Numbered from the stretch's first letter, positions 1-13,603 are shown. The stretch is DNA of 64,000 nucleotides from Azolla caroliniana (GCA_043228905.1 JBHGNT010000013.1:4154001-4218000), one strand, 5' to 3'. Notes: a model not told the origin generated them from the letters alone. A program made the numbers and translations.

Positions 1-213
1 CCATGTTCCTCTATGCCCCACCCAAGGACTCTTGTGGAATTCGGTCATCCGCATCACTTGCTCTTCTTTCATCACCACCACTCGATGTGGCATTCCTGTC
101 CTTCTTTTTGGGTGTCGCCAAAGGAATCCTCCCTTCAAGAAGTATTGGTAAGCTTTCTTCCGGATTCATAGATCCTCCTCTTTCATCAACGAAGCATCCG
201 CCGTCATTGTTCT

Positions 214-2160
214 TTAGAATCTACCGATCAGTAACCACTCTCCTTCGTACTCGTCCTTGTTGAAGGCGTGGAGGGTTAGTGTGTCCTTGTCTTTCGCCGA
301 TAGTCGGGCCATCTTGAAGAAGTCGAGGGTGACGTCTTCATCTTCCGAAACCATGTCACTTTCATTCTCAACTCTTGCCCTCGACAGCATGTCAGCCATG
401 GCATTCTTCTTCCTTGCAATGTGGCAGATCTCTGGGTTTAAAGACTTGATATAGGCAATCCACCTTAGCATAGCTAGATCTCATGTTGCACATCCTGAGA
501 TCATCCCGAGGATTGGGAGACAATCTGTCTCAATTATCACTTCTGACCCGATCAGGTAGTCTTTGTCCATCTTCACTGCAGACACAATACCCCAAAGTTC
601 TCACTTGACTTGGGCGTATCTTTGTTGCCGTTCATTGAGAACCTTTGCTCCAAACCGGATGGCATACCACGCATTATCTTCTCCTTCTTGGTTGATGACC
701 CACCCTATTCCGGTTGGCCTCGTATCTACACTCACATAAATCAGCTTCCCTTCAGTATAGTCGGCCTTTCTTAGTCCTAGAGGTTCAAGAAGTAGTTTCT
801 TCAATCTTCGCATCGCGTTTGTATGCTCGTCTCGCCATTCAAACTTCATTCTTTTCTTTAGCAATCCATATAATGAGTCGGCGACATGAGCGTAGTGTGG
901 AATCCAGATATCATAAAATGTGCATGCTCCAACGAACCTTCGAACGTCCATTTGGGTTACGCATTCTTCTTTCATGTCCTGGATCGGGTTCATCTTGGAT
1001 GGCGAAGGTTTCTGGCCATATGCTCCACACAAGTGACCTACCACCAAGATCTCTGGTTGCCCGAATGTGGATTTTTCTCCCGAAAATGTCAAATTCGCAT
1101 CTTCGAGCCTTTGGAGCAGCTTCTCGCAATCTTTCATATGATCCACAACGAACTTTCTATACCCTTCCTTATCTTTGGATTCATCCTTCTCCTCCTCCGA
1201 ACATCCTTTTATCGGAATATCGTCCAAGAATGGCAACGTGATGCCCGGGATGCAATCCTTGAAGACCTTGTTCATGGCATTCACTATATGAGCCACCGAG
1301 TTCGTTGCACCTTGAGGTAGGGTACACATCTGCACAAGCCTGATCGGAGTCCTCATGGTTGTAATGTCACGACTGTCAATCGCCAACTGGAATTGATCGT
1401 ATCCAAATTAGAGATCGCCAATGGCCCGCAAACGCTTCGGCAAATTCATCCACACTCGGTCCGATTTCGGCATTCCGAATTGTCACCTTGTTGATGGGTT
1501 GAAGATCTTGGATGAATCGCAATGATTCATTCTTCTTCGGCATCATGAACCACCTATTAGAATAAGGAGCATTCAAAGGGTCCAAAATACCCATATTCAC
1601 CTTCTCCTTTAAGAGCTCGATCAGCTTCGATAGGTGTGCTCTTGGAACTGGTATCGGGTTGAGGTTCCAAGGTACATGAGGCTCCGAAAATATCACCATA
1701 GCTCTATAATCTTTGGGTTGGCACATCCAATCTATTGAGGGAAAAATGTGAAAGCCTGCCCATGTTCTTCAGACATTCTGCGGAACATTCGCTCCTCTTC
1801 AGGGAGGAGGAAATCCTCCCTTGCAACTCGTAGCTTCCTTTTCATCTCTTCGGTGAAGACATGACCTATTGCCTTTGGATCCCTTAAGCTTGGATCATTA
1901 GTGACTTCCGTCATCTTTTGCCAGCTATCTTCCGGTAGCGGAACCACAACTAGCTTGATCTTCCTATCCACCATTTTATATTTTGTGTTTACTCCAGCTT
2001 CCTCCATCAAGATGCGTCGATGGTATTCATCGATGATAGCATACATGTTGACGGAGTTAACTGAAATCACGTGTTGATTGTGAAGATAGCTCAAGTCCAC
2101 GACTTCCTTGATTTCGTCGATGGTGTTGTTAAATGAGGCTTCTTCCTTAATATGAATCAC
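214..2160 (-). pseudogene. pol: A pol fragments: RT and RNase H, with frameshifts and stops
   Basis: ORFs 1732-2160, 1376-1726, 601-1386 and 214-471 are collinear with C pol (KYKMVDRKIK, NRWF..PKKN, TLPQG, PFLDD, VDT.PTGIG, NAMADMLSR). Confidence 0.9.
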
Positions 2161-2368
2161 GAATTCTTCTTCTTCTATTATGTTTTCTTCTTTTAGAATC
2201 TTCTTGAAGTCTTGTATCTGACGCTTGTCCTTTTGTTGGGTAGTACTAGTTTACATGCGCCACTAGGTGTGACACATGTTGCTTCTCCTTGAAATCCACA
2301 TGCTCTACTTTCTTGTGGGGACTTGTGATTGTTTGGATTATTTGTGCCCCATGCTTCAATAGTCCGCT

Positions 2369-2921
2369 CTAAAAATCTGAGGATTCGCCTGCAAGACTAT
2401 CTCGATTTCTTTCATGATTAGCTCGCACCGTTAGGAATTGAATAGATCTTTGGTTGTCAAGACTCTTAATCCGCACGAAGGCTGCTCCATTATCGAACAC
2501 CTTGGTCTCCATCCGAGATGATGTGATATACCGTTGTCCTACGATGACAGGATGCGAACCTGATTCTTGCACGAAGAAGTGTTCATCCATCTCCACATCC
2601 CCAATCGTGACTTTAACATTTGGATAAGCTCCATACAAGTCCTCTATGGACTTTGTTGCCATTGGAATCTTCCATCCATGGTTTCTGCTAATTGGCCATC
2701 TCCTTTTTTTGTAGTACTCGGTCGACATGAGGTTGATCTCCGAGCCATGGTCGATCAAGGCTACCACAGTCTCTTTCTTCTCCCCGATCTTCATCGGCGT
2801 CTCCGTTGTCACTCGTGCCCAATGAGGTCGAGTATGGTGGTTGTCCACCATATCTTCATCAACTTCATCTCTTGCCATCGTTATGGCATTTGTTTTTGCG
2901 TTTAATAGCTTCTCTTCTTCC
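2369..2921 (-). pseudogene. A aspartic protease (end of gag-PR ORF)
   Basis: HTRPHWAR...LIDHGSEINL...VIVGQ. The listed ORF start at 2992 lies inside B's LTR and is spurious. Confidence 0.85.
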
Positions 2922-3358
2922 TGTTGTCCGCCGGAATAGTAAAAGACAGACATGAGCGCAGAAATATAGAATATAGTAAAAACATAACGCATGTAAATGG
3001 TTCACGCAGGAAGTGTGAATGGCTGAAAGACCCTGTGTATATAAAGGGCAAAAATCCTCTGTAAGAGGTAGCATGTAATTTTGGTGCATAGAGCGTTATT
3101 GTAATAGAGTACTACCTTCTCTTATTTCTGTGTATATCTGTGGTTGATCTGCTGTGTTCTTTGATTCTCTGTGGCTTATTGTAATCGTAAGGGTGTAGCC
3201 ATAATTGTGAGTACTAGGGCACTATATAAGGAGTTCGGTTGTAGCCGTCTGCCTTATACGCTACGAGGATACGGGGAGTGCCCCGTTATGTATTACGATA
3301 CAACAATACCATTCGTCGCAACGCAGTCACCTTGAGGTCTAGGTCCTAATCAGTAACA
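2922..3358 (+). repeat. B 5' LTR
   Basis: Direct repeat of 11483-11944, lacking about 25 bp near its end. TATATAAA near 3038. Confidence 0.95.
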
Positions 3359-3362
3359 CTTT

Positions 3363-3376
3363 TGGCATGCTTGGTG
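3363..3376 (+). promoter_or_regulatory. B primer-binding site, degenerate tRNA-Arg-like
   Basis: TGGCATGCTTGGTG 4 nt after the LTR. Resembles TGGCACGCCCAGTG mainly through C>T changes. Confidence 0.55.
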
Positions 3377-3493
3377 ATCTGTGTCTTCTCAGAAACGAAT
3401 AGCGACGAATGGATGTTTAGCCGTAGATGTCCCAGAGAACCAACACGACAAGACCGTCCAATCACAAGGTTCATCACATGCCAGGCAGAGGAA

Positions 3494-5460
3494 CATGCAA
3501 GGCAAAAACCTCGCCTCAGTGACCTCAGTGATATTTGTCGGGACCACAAGGTTCATTTCCCGCTCACCAAATACCCTGGCGACAAGCAGGAAATTCGCTC
3601 ACCACATAAGCACTATGGTCTTTCCCTGCCCACCGTACCATCCAACATGGCCTTCTCTTATCCCCACTTCAACGGCGAAACAGACGCCGCAACTCACATT
3701 CTTTTGTTCCTGAATGTTTGGAATGCAAATCACATGCCGCAGAGACTTCCCGAAGAGGTAGCGCACCAGTCCAAAATGACAGAGTTTGGATTAACTCTAG
3801 ATGGATCTGCTAGCAATCACGACCTTCGACCAGCTGCAGTCGGGCTTTCTGCGCTTCTTTCATCGAAGGGTGCCGCAACGTGAAATCCTCGGGAAGTTCT
3901 ATGCAATCAAACAGTTGCCAGCCGAGACTGTCGCGGACTTCAATTTACGCTTCCAAAATCTACGATGGAAATTAGAATGGGGGCCGATAGAGGATGAGGC
4001 TCGAGAGACATTTCTGGCAGCCTTACAACGACCGATACGGACGACACTCAACAACAATAGCGTGAAAGGAGAAACAACCGATATGGTCATAGAACGAGCG
4101 CTACAGCTCGAGCTGGATGAAGAAGAGAAAAGGTTTTCCATGACCTCCTTACAACAAGAGTTACCTCAAGACGAGGAACGACATTTTCTCCAGGCAATCC
4201 AGTGCACGATTTGCCTCAATTCTAGGCATTACGTAGTGGAGTGCAACATGCGAATCCACTGCCCAATCTGTCACTCAAAAGCACACACGGTCGAGCAGTG
4301 TGAGTACAACATGTTGAACAGACCCATGCCCACAGTATGAAGCGTGGAAACACAGTGACCACCGCACCGTAATGAACAAAGGTGCCAAGAAGAACGACCC
4401 CGATATACAGATCAGAACCCACGTGATGATGGGCACTACCGAAATCGCCAAAATACCAACGATTTCGAGGAAGAAGATGTTAGGAAACAAGTCCCTCCGG
4501 ATGGGAAGTGAGAAGAATAGTGTCGAAACAGGATGACAAGTACCCAACTACGGAAGACCCAGTGAGAACCGGATGAGGAGTACTCGGAAACGGAAGACCC
4601 GGTGAGGAGTTCTCACCGGATGAAGGGACATATTCGTAAATATGTTTTCTGAGAGTCCATCGGGGCTATATTTGTAAATAGCCGAAAAGTCATATTAGTA
4701 TAAATATGACTTAGGGAAAACTTTAGTAATGTGTTGTCATTCTTGTTGGCACAAGATTAGAGCGCAACAGTGTACAGAGAGAGAGAGAGAGAGAGGAAGA
4801 GGTCGTTGCCTCTATTGTAACCGCCGCCTGTGGCGAAGATAGCAAGCTCGAGGTCGTTGCTTGGTGCTTTACCATTGTACATTCTGATATAGTGATAGTT
4901 CGCAGTCTGTGGGTTGCCGTGGTTTTTCCCTAGTTTGGGTTTTCCACGTTAACATCCTGTGTACTCTTCTCTTCACTGTGTCGTGCGTTCATTTCCCGTT
5001 TTCTGTGTTTTATCCTAGGCTCGGTTGTGGCCGAGCATTGTTCATTGGGAGCTCGTAGTTCCTGTCAGAAGAGTCGAAGGACGAAGACTACCGACACAAC
5101 GACAAGTATCATAAAGGAGGCCGATGCTACGAGAATTGCCGTCCGACGAACAAACGTGGTGGCTTCAATGGGCCTCGCGGAAACATCGTCAATATCGGGA
5201 CCAACGGCAGTACGAAGAAAGTTCAGACGATGATTGGCACTAGGAGCCACGCTGGGACCAACAAAAACCACAACAAACGCTCAGAAGAACGAACCAAGAC
5301 CGGGAGGAGCAAGTCACACATGGGGATAAGAACACGCCACCAGCTGCAGAGAAAGGCGAATCTAGTGTCCATTGTTTCGTTTGCCAACAACCTAGACATT
5401 ATGCCACGCAATGTCCACTACGCAAGGGCAAGGGGCCCGCCGTCAACACGATTATGGTGG
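3494..5460 (+). pseudogene. gag: B gag, split by a solo LTR
   Basis: Retrotransposon gag-like region (EFGLTLDG, FYAIKQ), two CCHC knuckles (CTICLNSRH, CPICHSKAH) and a third near 5365. Homologous to D gag. Start is approximate. Confidence 0.75.
4478..5067 (+). mobile_element. Solo LTR (Copia-like) inserted in B gag
   Basis: TGTTAGGAA...TTCCTGTCA with TSD GAAGA at 4473-4477 and 5068-5072. TATAAATA near 4699. GTTTTTCCC..GGGTTTTCCACGT motif is also seen in J's LTR. Confidence 0.9.
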
Positions 5461-5603
5461 AGGTTCAACAAGTTACGACAAGATAGCAAACGAAAAATGT
5501 TGATTGGGCCGCACAAGATGAGATACGGCAGACGGCCCAAGCATGGGTCGAAAAAGCAAACGCAGCAAATACGGAACGCATGTAGTAGGAGTCTGCGAAC
5601 AAT

Positions 5604-8600
5604 GTGGGACCATTGGAGGGAGATGTAATATCCCCGGATCCCATATGGCAAGCACTGGCAGGCTGCGAGATAACACTAACCATGGAAAATCTACTTCAAC
5701 TGGTCCCACAGTTCGACCAGGCCGTAGAGGATCGCATAACGGGCAGACCTGAGGTAAGCGTCTCCGCCAACTTTACGGACACCCGCGCCGAACCAACAGT
5801 GGTGGATCACCACAACCCGACTATTAAGTTGATATTACACGGTCAGGAAATCACAGGATGCGTAATCGACGACGGCTCTAGCGTCAATGTAATTAGCGTG
5901 AAGACATGCAAACAATTGGGAATTTGAGAATGGGAAGCTTGCCCGTTTTGGCTTCGCATGGCGGATACCCGCTCAGTAAGGCCTTTAGGCTTAATATGAA
6001 AATTAGGCATTATCGTGGGCGGAAATCACTTCGACGTCTCGGCGGTAGTCCTCGCCCTCGACGCCCCAAGAGCGTATCTTATGTTGCTTGACAGACCGTG
6101 GTTTCATCTAGCAACATAAGTGCATCGGTTTTCAACGTGGCCGCACCAAGGTTTGCGTACCCACAAAGGAAATGGCAACACAACCCTAGGGCATAACACC
6201 GTTATACGCGGAAGATATAAATATGCTGGCTGGGGTGGATGATACAGAATTAGAAGTATACCTAGACGAGCACCCCCGGATCATTCCGGTATTCGAAATC
6301 GACGTCATAGAAACCGCAACGGAGTACGCCATGCCCACTGCACTCCACAACGAGGCTTACGAACCAGACCTAGAGTCAATATTAGAACTAAGTAGAGCAT
6401 GGGCGGTGTTTGAGAGGGAAATGGAAATTTCACGATGAGTCACCGCCTCAGCCCTAGAAGAAGTAAACGTGGGTACGACGTCAGACCCCCGATTCCTCTC
6501 CATTGCAAAAGAATTACTGCCGGATCAGAGAGACACGATGATAGCACTACTCAGGGAGTATATAGATGTTTTCGCTTGGTCCCATGAGGACATGAAGGGA
6601 TTAAATCCGAAGTTCTATCAACATAAGATCAATTTAGCAACCGATGCGAAACCGGTCTAGCAACGTCGATACCACATGAACCCAAACTACGCGGCTCGCG
6701 TAAAAGAAGAAATTCAGAAACTCCTCAAGGCCGGATTCATTCGACCAGTCAAACAAGCTACATGGCTAAGCTTGATAGTAGTTGTACCAAAGAAAAATGG
6801 CAAAATACGTGTATGCGTGGACTACCGGAAATTGAATGCTGTAACCATTACCGACGCATTCCCTTTACCGTTCACCGACAACGTACTGGATGCCATCGCA
6901 GGGCATGACATGTACAGCTTTTTAGATGGCTTTAGTGGCTACAATCAAGTACGCATGCACCCCGACGACCAAGACCAGACGGCGTTTGTCACGGACTGGG
7001 GAGTCTATGTCGCGGTCGTCATGATGTTCGGGCTAAAGACGACATCGGCTACATGTCAACGAACAATCACGGAGATTTTTGGGGAAAATATACTTGCGTT
7101 CATGCAGGTCTTTTTAGACGATTTTGTGGTATACGGGACAATAGCCGACCATTTTACGCATCTACAGCTTTGCCTGGAGCGTTGCCGAACTGCACGCTTA
7201 AGCCTGAATCCTGCCAAATCCACATCGTCAGTAAGGAGGGGATAGCAGTCAATCCGAACAAAATCTCCGCAATTACTCACGCAAAAACACCGACAAACGA
7301 GAAAGCACTCGGCCGGTTTTTGGGAAAAATATGATGGCACAGCTGGATGATATGCTATTTGGCGGATTTCGCCACGCCATTACATGCCGCCGTTCACTGT
7401 ACTCCTTTCAAATGGATAGCAATGGAAGAGAAGGCATATGATGCGCTAAAAATAATGCTAACACAGGCACCAGTCGTACAGCCGCCAGTTTGGGCAAAAC
7501 CATTTCACGTGTTCGTGGATGCCTCGGACATAGCAATAGGTAGTGCGCTGATGCAGCTCACGGAGCGAAATTGGTACCGACCAGTGTATTACGCTAATCG
7601 GAAACTATCAACGGCTGAGCGTAACTATTCCACAACGGAACGTGAAGCGTTGGGTATGATATACAACATCAATAAATTCCGGCATTATCTGTTAGGGCGG
7701 AAATTCATGTTTCACGTGGATCATACGACATTGCTATATCTGGTAGGGAAACAGGCACTGACGGGAAAATTGGCTAGATGAATGCTGCAGCTCCAAGAAT
7801 TCGACTTCGTAATTCAGCACCAACCGGGTACGCAACACGTGGTGGCAGATTTCTTGAGCAGGCTAGATAATGGAGAAACGGCGCAAAAAGATGACGACGA
7901 CTTTCCGGATGCGGACATTCTGCGTATCGCAACTCTAGTAGAACGAACAGAAAAGACCTTTCCGGATCGGTGGTTGATGGAAATGACCTACTTCTTGACC
8001 ACGGGGCTACTGCCACCCCAATTAAGGACGGACGAGAAAAAACGGTTGACTGTACAGAGTCGGAATTTCTATTTAGTCGGAGACATCCTATACCACAAAG
8101 GCAGTGACAGCATCTAGAGGTGTAGAATACGGCAGGATGAGAAAGCTGCGGTTTTACGCGAAACCCACTATGGTATGGCGGGAGGACATTACGCGGGTGA
8201 TGTTACGACCCAGAAAATCTGCCTAGCAAGACTTTAGTGGGCGACCACACAAAAGGATGCGTATGATTATTGCAGACAGTGCGATTTATGCGAACGACTG
8301 GGCCAGCCCATGGAAGTCGCGAGAATGACACATCAACCGGGGTTGCCACTGGATCCTTTACAAAAGTGGGGGCTAGATTTTGTTGGACCTTTTACCCTGG
8401 CGGCTACTTGAACACGCAATAAGTATATCCTGGTGGCTGCGGATTACTGCACCAAGTGGGTAGAAGCGAAACCACTACGCGAGAATACCGCAACAGTCAC
8501 GACGAAATTCCTTTACGAACATATTTGGTGTCGTTTCGGCTCCCCTATCGAGCTCATTAGTGATCAAGGGAGTCACTTTCTGAACACAGTCATTAGCGAG

Positions 8601-9287
8601 CTAACCCAACACTACGTTGTGGTTCACAGAAAGAGTACATCGTACTACCCACAAGCAAATGGCTTGGCCGAATCCACGAACAAAACATTACAAACTATCC
8701 TCAAAAAGATAGTCAATGAAAACAAAACATATTGGGATACCAAATTGCATAGTGCCTTATGGGCGTATCAAACCAGCTATAAGACCAACATACAATCCAC
8801 GCCTTTCAGGCTAGCATTTGGGCTGGAGGTCGTGATGTCAATCAAATTCCAGGTACCCAGAACCCAGTCTGCGATTCAAGTACGAGCCTTACTGCGAGAG
8901 GGAAAATCCAAACTAATACGACTACAACAACTGCTAGAACTAGGCAAAACAAGGGTCCACAGTATGGCCATATTGGAGCAAGAACAGTGGTGGCACAAAG
9001 CATTCGTGGACAGACATCAGCACGCGCGTGAAAAGGATTTTACGGTGGGGAGAGCGGTATTAGTGTTTCCAACACGCATGGGGCAAATGCCAGGAAAATT
9101 ACGATTCCCCTGGACAGGCCCGTATTGGATAGTGGGAGCGGAACGGGGCACATTTCAACTGGGCACCTTGGTTGGGGAAGTGCTACGACACAAGGTGAAT
9201 GGGTTTTGCCTTAAACCTTACCTGGGACCTACGCCACGAAACCCATTCCCCGCCGGACGAGACAAAGCCAGAGAATCCAAGGAGTAG
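5604..9287 (+). pseudogene. pol: B pol: PR-RT-RH-INT, with many stops
   Basis: IDDGSSVNVIS (PR); RVCVDYRKLN, LDGFSGYNQ, FLDD (RT); VDASDIAIGS, TEREALG (RH); [21 protein letters not shown] (INT). Confidence 0.92.
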
Positions 9288-9548
9288 GAATAGGGCCCTA
9301 CTTGTACTATAGTCTAAAAATAATATTGTATGTAACCGTTACAAAAGAGAAAAGAAGAAGAAGAGAGAGAAGATAGCGACGCTATTAAAAGGACTTAGGG
9401 CATGCACAAACTTCTAGACCAAGAACACACAACACCACGATGGCTCACTGACCAATGAACCCTAGGCCCCATAAAGAAGAAAATAGGAGGTTTTCTACAT
9501 AGTAGAGAAACCAACCTTCTAACTCTCATCGCTCCCCTTACTCAACCT

Positions 9549-9982
9549 CCTCTCCATTCTATCACAGAGCTCAAGTTCGCCATAGCCAGCAGTCCTCACC
9601 CACTAGCCACGAGTCTCACCATCCTACTATGTCGATACCCATTTCTGCCACCTTGCGTCGATGGCTCGTGGAGAAATGCCTGGATGGATACATCACAGTC
9701 ACCGAGGGACCCCCTCACCTTGAAGCCCTAGACATTGCTAGGAATCTTAATATCGACACAGTCACCTCTCCATTCTATCACAGAGCTCAAGTTCGCCATA
9801 GCCAGCAGTCCTCACCCACTAGCCACGAGTCTCACCATCCTACTATGCGAATACCCATTTCTGCCGCCTTGCGTCGATGGCTCGTGGAGAAACACCTGGA
9901 TGGATACATCAGAGTCACCAAGGCACCCCCTCACCTTGAAGCCCTAGACATTGCTAGGAATCTTAATATCGACACAGTCACC
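9549..9982 (+). repeat. 216-bp tandem duplication covering the start of the B extra ORF
   Basis: CCTCTCCATTCTATCACAGAGCTC starts at 9549 and 9765. The peptide IPISA.LRRWLVEK...NIDTVT occurs twice. Confidence 0.92.
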
Positions 9983-11278
9983 CACACATCCATCCGGAAA
10001 AAGCTTGACTTGTCATCACTGGGAGAAAGGCATTTCGAAATCCCTCCTACGGAAACTTTGCAGAGATATTTCGGGCCATATTCGGCGTCCGCCAAGGCGT
10101 CTCCCAACGAATGGCCGAGGAGCACGCGGAGCAACAAATGATCGAGCGTGCACTAACACAAATGGCGGAAAGCGATGATGAGGAGTAGCTAGCCAAAGTC
10201 GACAGACAGCAGAACGCCGGTATACGCCGAATGGGGATGGAACTACCCCCATTAAACGCGGCCCTCGTCGAAGTTCATATGGAACTGGCTAAGGTCAATA
10301 TTGGTGCCAAGGATATGGCGATTAAAAATAAAAATGTCTGGAAAACGGTTAAACTGACCCAAGCCAAGGTACGAAAGGCCAAAGAACGCATTGCGGAGTT
10401 GGAACGTAACGCGACTACGGCACAACAAGCAGCTCAACCAATAGACAACGTCGTTGAGGCCCTGAGAGGAGAAATTGAAGCATAGACCGCCATTGCCTCG
10501 AAAGCAAAAAGGGTCGTGCAACTGGCAGAATCAGAGATTGACCGCCTCCGCTCCGAACTTCGCCAGTCCTCAGATAGAAAATAGAACATCCGGGCCAACG
10601 GCCGAAAGGCAGTGAAGACCCTTGAAAAGAAACTCACAGTGGAGGCAGCACAGTACACTTGCACGAAAGAAGAAAATGCTAAACTACGGGAGAAAGCAAA
10701 AAAATCGGAAGTGGCGATTACGGGAATCCATGCGTTATTAGACAAGAAGAAAGCATGGTTCAACGAGCAGCTAGTTGGGGAATAGTAGAGGACGCATCAA
10801 CTCGAAATACGCCTGAACAATGAAATGGGAAAGCTGGAAGAATTTCATTCGAAGGAATCTCAGCTATGGGCAAGAATGAGGAGCATGTACGAGGAAGCGA
10901 CGACGGTTGTTAAACAGGAAATCGAAAACCTCAAGAAAACCATAGAAGAAGCACGCAATCGTTGCCAAGGAATAACCGACAACATGCACATACTTTTGCA
11001 AACGAATCGGGAGAGGTTTACGTCGCAATTAAAAGCGGCGCTAGACAAAGGCTGGATGGCGCGGGCTGCACAAGCGGCGGAATTGCATACATACCAGGCG
11101 GACTGGGAGAACCGAAGAAAAGTGAGACCGCTGACCAAGAGGAACCTCAGCCCGATTCACCAGATCGTATGACTAAGGCCGGCACCACGGAGGACGTTAC
11201 GAACGAGACAGGACTTCGATCTACCGAAGGCCCGCCAACGGCTGAGCTAGCCACAATAGAACAGGACGAGACAGTGTA
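9629..11278 (+). pseudogene. B 3' extra ORF of unknown function (conserved N-terminal domain plus coiled coil), fragmented
   Basis: ORFs 9629-10141, 10231-10485 and 10825-11172. The N-terminus aligns with D ORF 20512-21240. Confidence 0.7.
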
Positions 11279-11439
11279 GCCTAGACCGCCCACACAAGAA
11301 GCCAGCGGCCCCATGGAAAGCCCTACTGACCAAGTCCTGGAACCACGCAATGACGCGTCTACGGACACTATGCCGTCCTCGGACCCGGACCCCGGGGTGG
11401 AACCAAACATCCAAGCTAGTTTGGAGGAAGATTAAAGGG

Positions 11440-11480
11440 GTGGGTCCGACGTGCCATGGCACTATCCCACAGGCGTGCCA
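11440..11480 (+). other. tRNA-Arg 3'-half-like sequence at the PPT position of B
   Basis: GTGGG-TCCGA-cGTGCCATGGCACt-AT-CCCAC-AGGCGTG-CCA, then GG, then the LTR TG. Confidence 0.8.
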
Positions 11481-11482
11481 GG

Positions 11483-11944
11483 TGTTGTCCGCCGGAATAG
11501 TAACCGACGGACAGGAGCGCAAAAATATAGAATATAGTAAAAATGTAACGCATGTAAATGGTTCACGTGGGAAGCGTGAATGGCTGAAAGACCCTGTGTA
11601 TATAAAGGGCAAAAATCCTCTGTAAGAGGTAGCGTGTAATTTTGGTGCATAGAGCGTTATTGTAATAGAGTACTACCTTCTCTGATTTCTATGCATATCT
11701 GTGGTTGATCTGCTGTGTTCTTTGATTCTCTGTGGCTTATTGTAATCGTAAGGGCGTAGGCGTAACTGCGAGTACTAGGGCACTGTATATGGAGTTCGGT
11801 TGTAGCCGTCTCCCTTATATGCTATGAGGATACGGGGAGTGCCCCATTATGTATTATGATACGACGATACCATTCGTTGCAACGTAGTCACCTTGAGGTC
11901 TAGGTCGAAGGACTAACCGTAGACCATGTTCCTAATCGGTAACA
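11483..11944 (+). repeat. B 3' LTR
   Basis: Repeat of 2922-3358, followed by TSD CTTCC. Confidence 0.95.
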
Positions 11945-13603
11945 CTTCCTCATTCAACTGTTGCCTTTTTCTCTTCACAAGGTCCACGATCATATCATGG
12001 AACTCCTTCGTAATGCCGAGCAATTCCCTCAACGACAAGGTCACGTGACTATCGAGAACACGTTCCTCGAGGATCTTCTTGAGATCTGTCATTTTCTCTA
12101 TGTCCGACCTTAGCTTATAGGTAGGCATAGTTCTTGTCTTCTGAGCGGAATCTTTGACACTAGCCTTCACGGGTCGTACCGTTTCTTCGTCTCATTTTCT
12201 CGACTCCCCTTTTTTATTTGAGTCTCCTTCCTCCGTTGGTAAAGCTCGACTCGTTTCTGCATCTTCTTTCTTTTTCACGCTCCTTATTTCATGCCTATTT
12301 GATTGGTTTTCTTGCCCTTCCATTCTTTTTCTCTTTTCATCCACGAACACTTCATGGTTGTCACACATCACTTCCGCGAGTATGGTGTTGTCATCCACAG
12401 GATTCGACCATCCGGTTATGCTTTGCACACTTCGGTCCGCAAGCTTGACCTCTTTCAAAGTGACCTTTCCCTTGTTCTCATACTCGAGAACACTAGACCA
12501 AAACTTTGCTCCCGCTCTAGCAGCTTCAGTTTTGTCTTCCCCGACTCTTATTCCGGCCAATGCAGCATAGTTCATCGCATCCACATGACTCGTCTCAGCA
12601 TCTTCCATGGCTTTCTTCATTCCCCCTCTTCCGAAATTCACCCATAGGGGTCTTCTTGTCTCACTTGAGCAGATCATGTTGTCATCCATGTATACGATAT
12701 TTTGTCGAATGACATCTCGAAGGCTCACGCAATCCCTTCTCATATGGTCCATGCTATCGCACCACACACATCTAAAGGGTTCTTTTCCTTTGGGGTCCTG
12801 ACGATTCATGTTGGCTAGCGTGACCATCTCAAACTTCTTCGCCAGTTTTTCGATGATGTCATCATCAATCTTCTTTTCTTCTGGGTTACTTTGTTTGGGC
12901 GGCTTAGCTATTGTCGGTTGTCTTGTTTTCTCTGTGACAATCAATCCTGCCAAATCAGTGTCATCAACCCACTGACGACGCTTGTTGAGCCTATTGCACG
13001 CCCGCTTCACCGCAATCCAGTCTGCCACAAGCCCATTTGCTTGGGTATCATCTTCGAGAAGAGTCTCCAATTCTCATCTATCCTTCATATCCACAGCTTT
13101 CAAGAAGTACAAAGTCTTGTCCTCCTCAAGTAGCACTTGGTCCGTATTGGGGAGACGACTAAACATCTGGTCAAATTCGTCGTACACCCTCGAAGTGCTC
13201 ATCTTTCTTATTATTCTTCTCTATCCACTTCATCAAGGCATGTCGAGTCATCCTCGACAAATCTTCTGTCACGAACTCTACTAATATCACTTTCTTCGAA
13301 CTCGGACCATGTTGTCTTGCCTTCTTGAAGCTCGATGATGCGTCTTTGGATGTTATTGGCAACCACTCTCTTGAAACTTGTGATTTGATGCGCTTCAGGC
13401 ATGTCCCTCTGATTCATCTCCCTTCTGTATGCATCAAGAAACTTCGTAATGCTCCTTCCGTCAAATTGATCCTTGAGCTCCATGACACAGTCGACAAATT
13501 TCTCCACGCTCGCATCGTTGTCTCGAGATCTCATCATTTGTTCAACAATTAGCATCATCCTTTCGAACTCTCCCACTTGATTGCTTGACGATGCCATCTC
13601 CAA
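11945..13603 (-). pseudogene. gag: A gag
   Basis: FDGRSITKFL, CVWCDSMDH zinc knuckle, YKLRSDIEK. Homologous to C gag. Confidence 0.88.

Larger units (their letters stand above)
2922..11944 (+). mobile_element. Element B: full-length decayed Ty3/Gypsy non-chromovirus with a 3' extra ORF
   Basis: LTRs 2922-3358 and 11483-11944 (TGTT...AACA). TSD CTTCC at 2917-2921 and 11945-11949. gag-PR-RT-RH-INT on the + strand. Confidence 0.95.
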
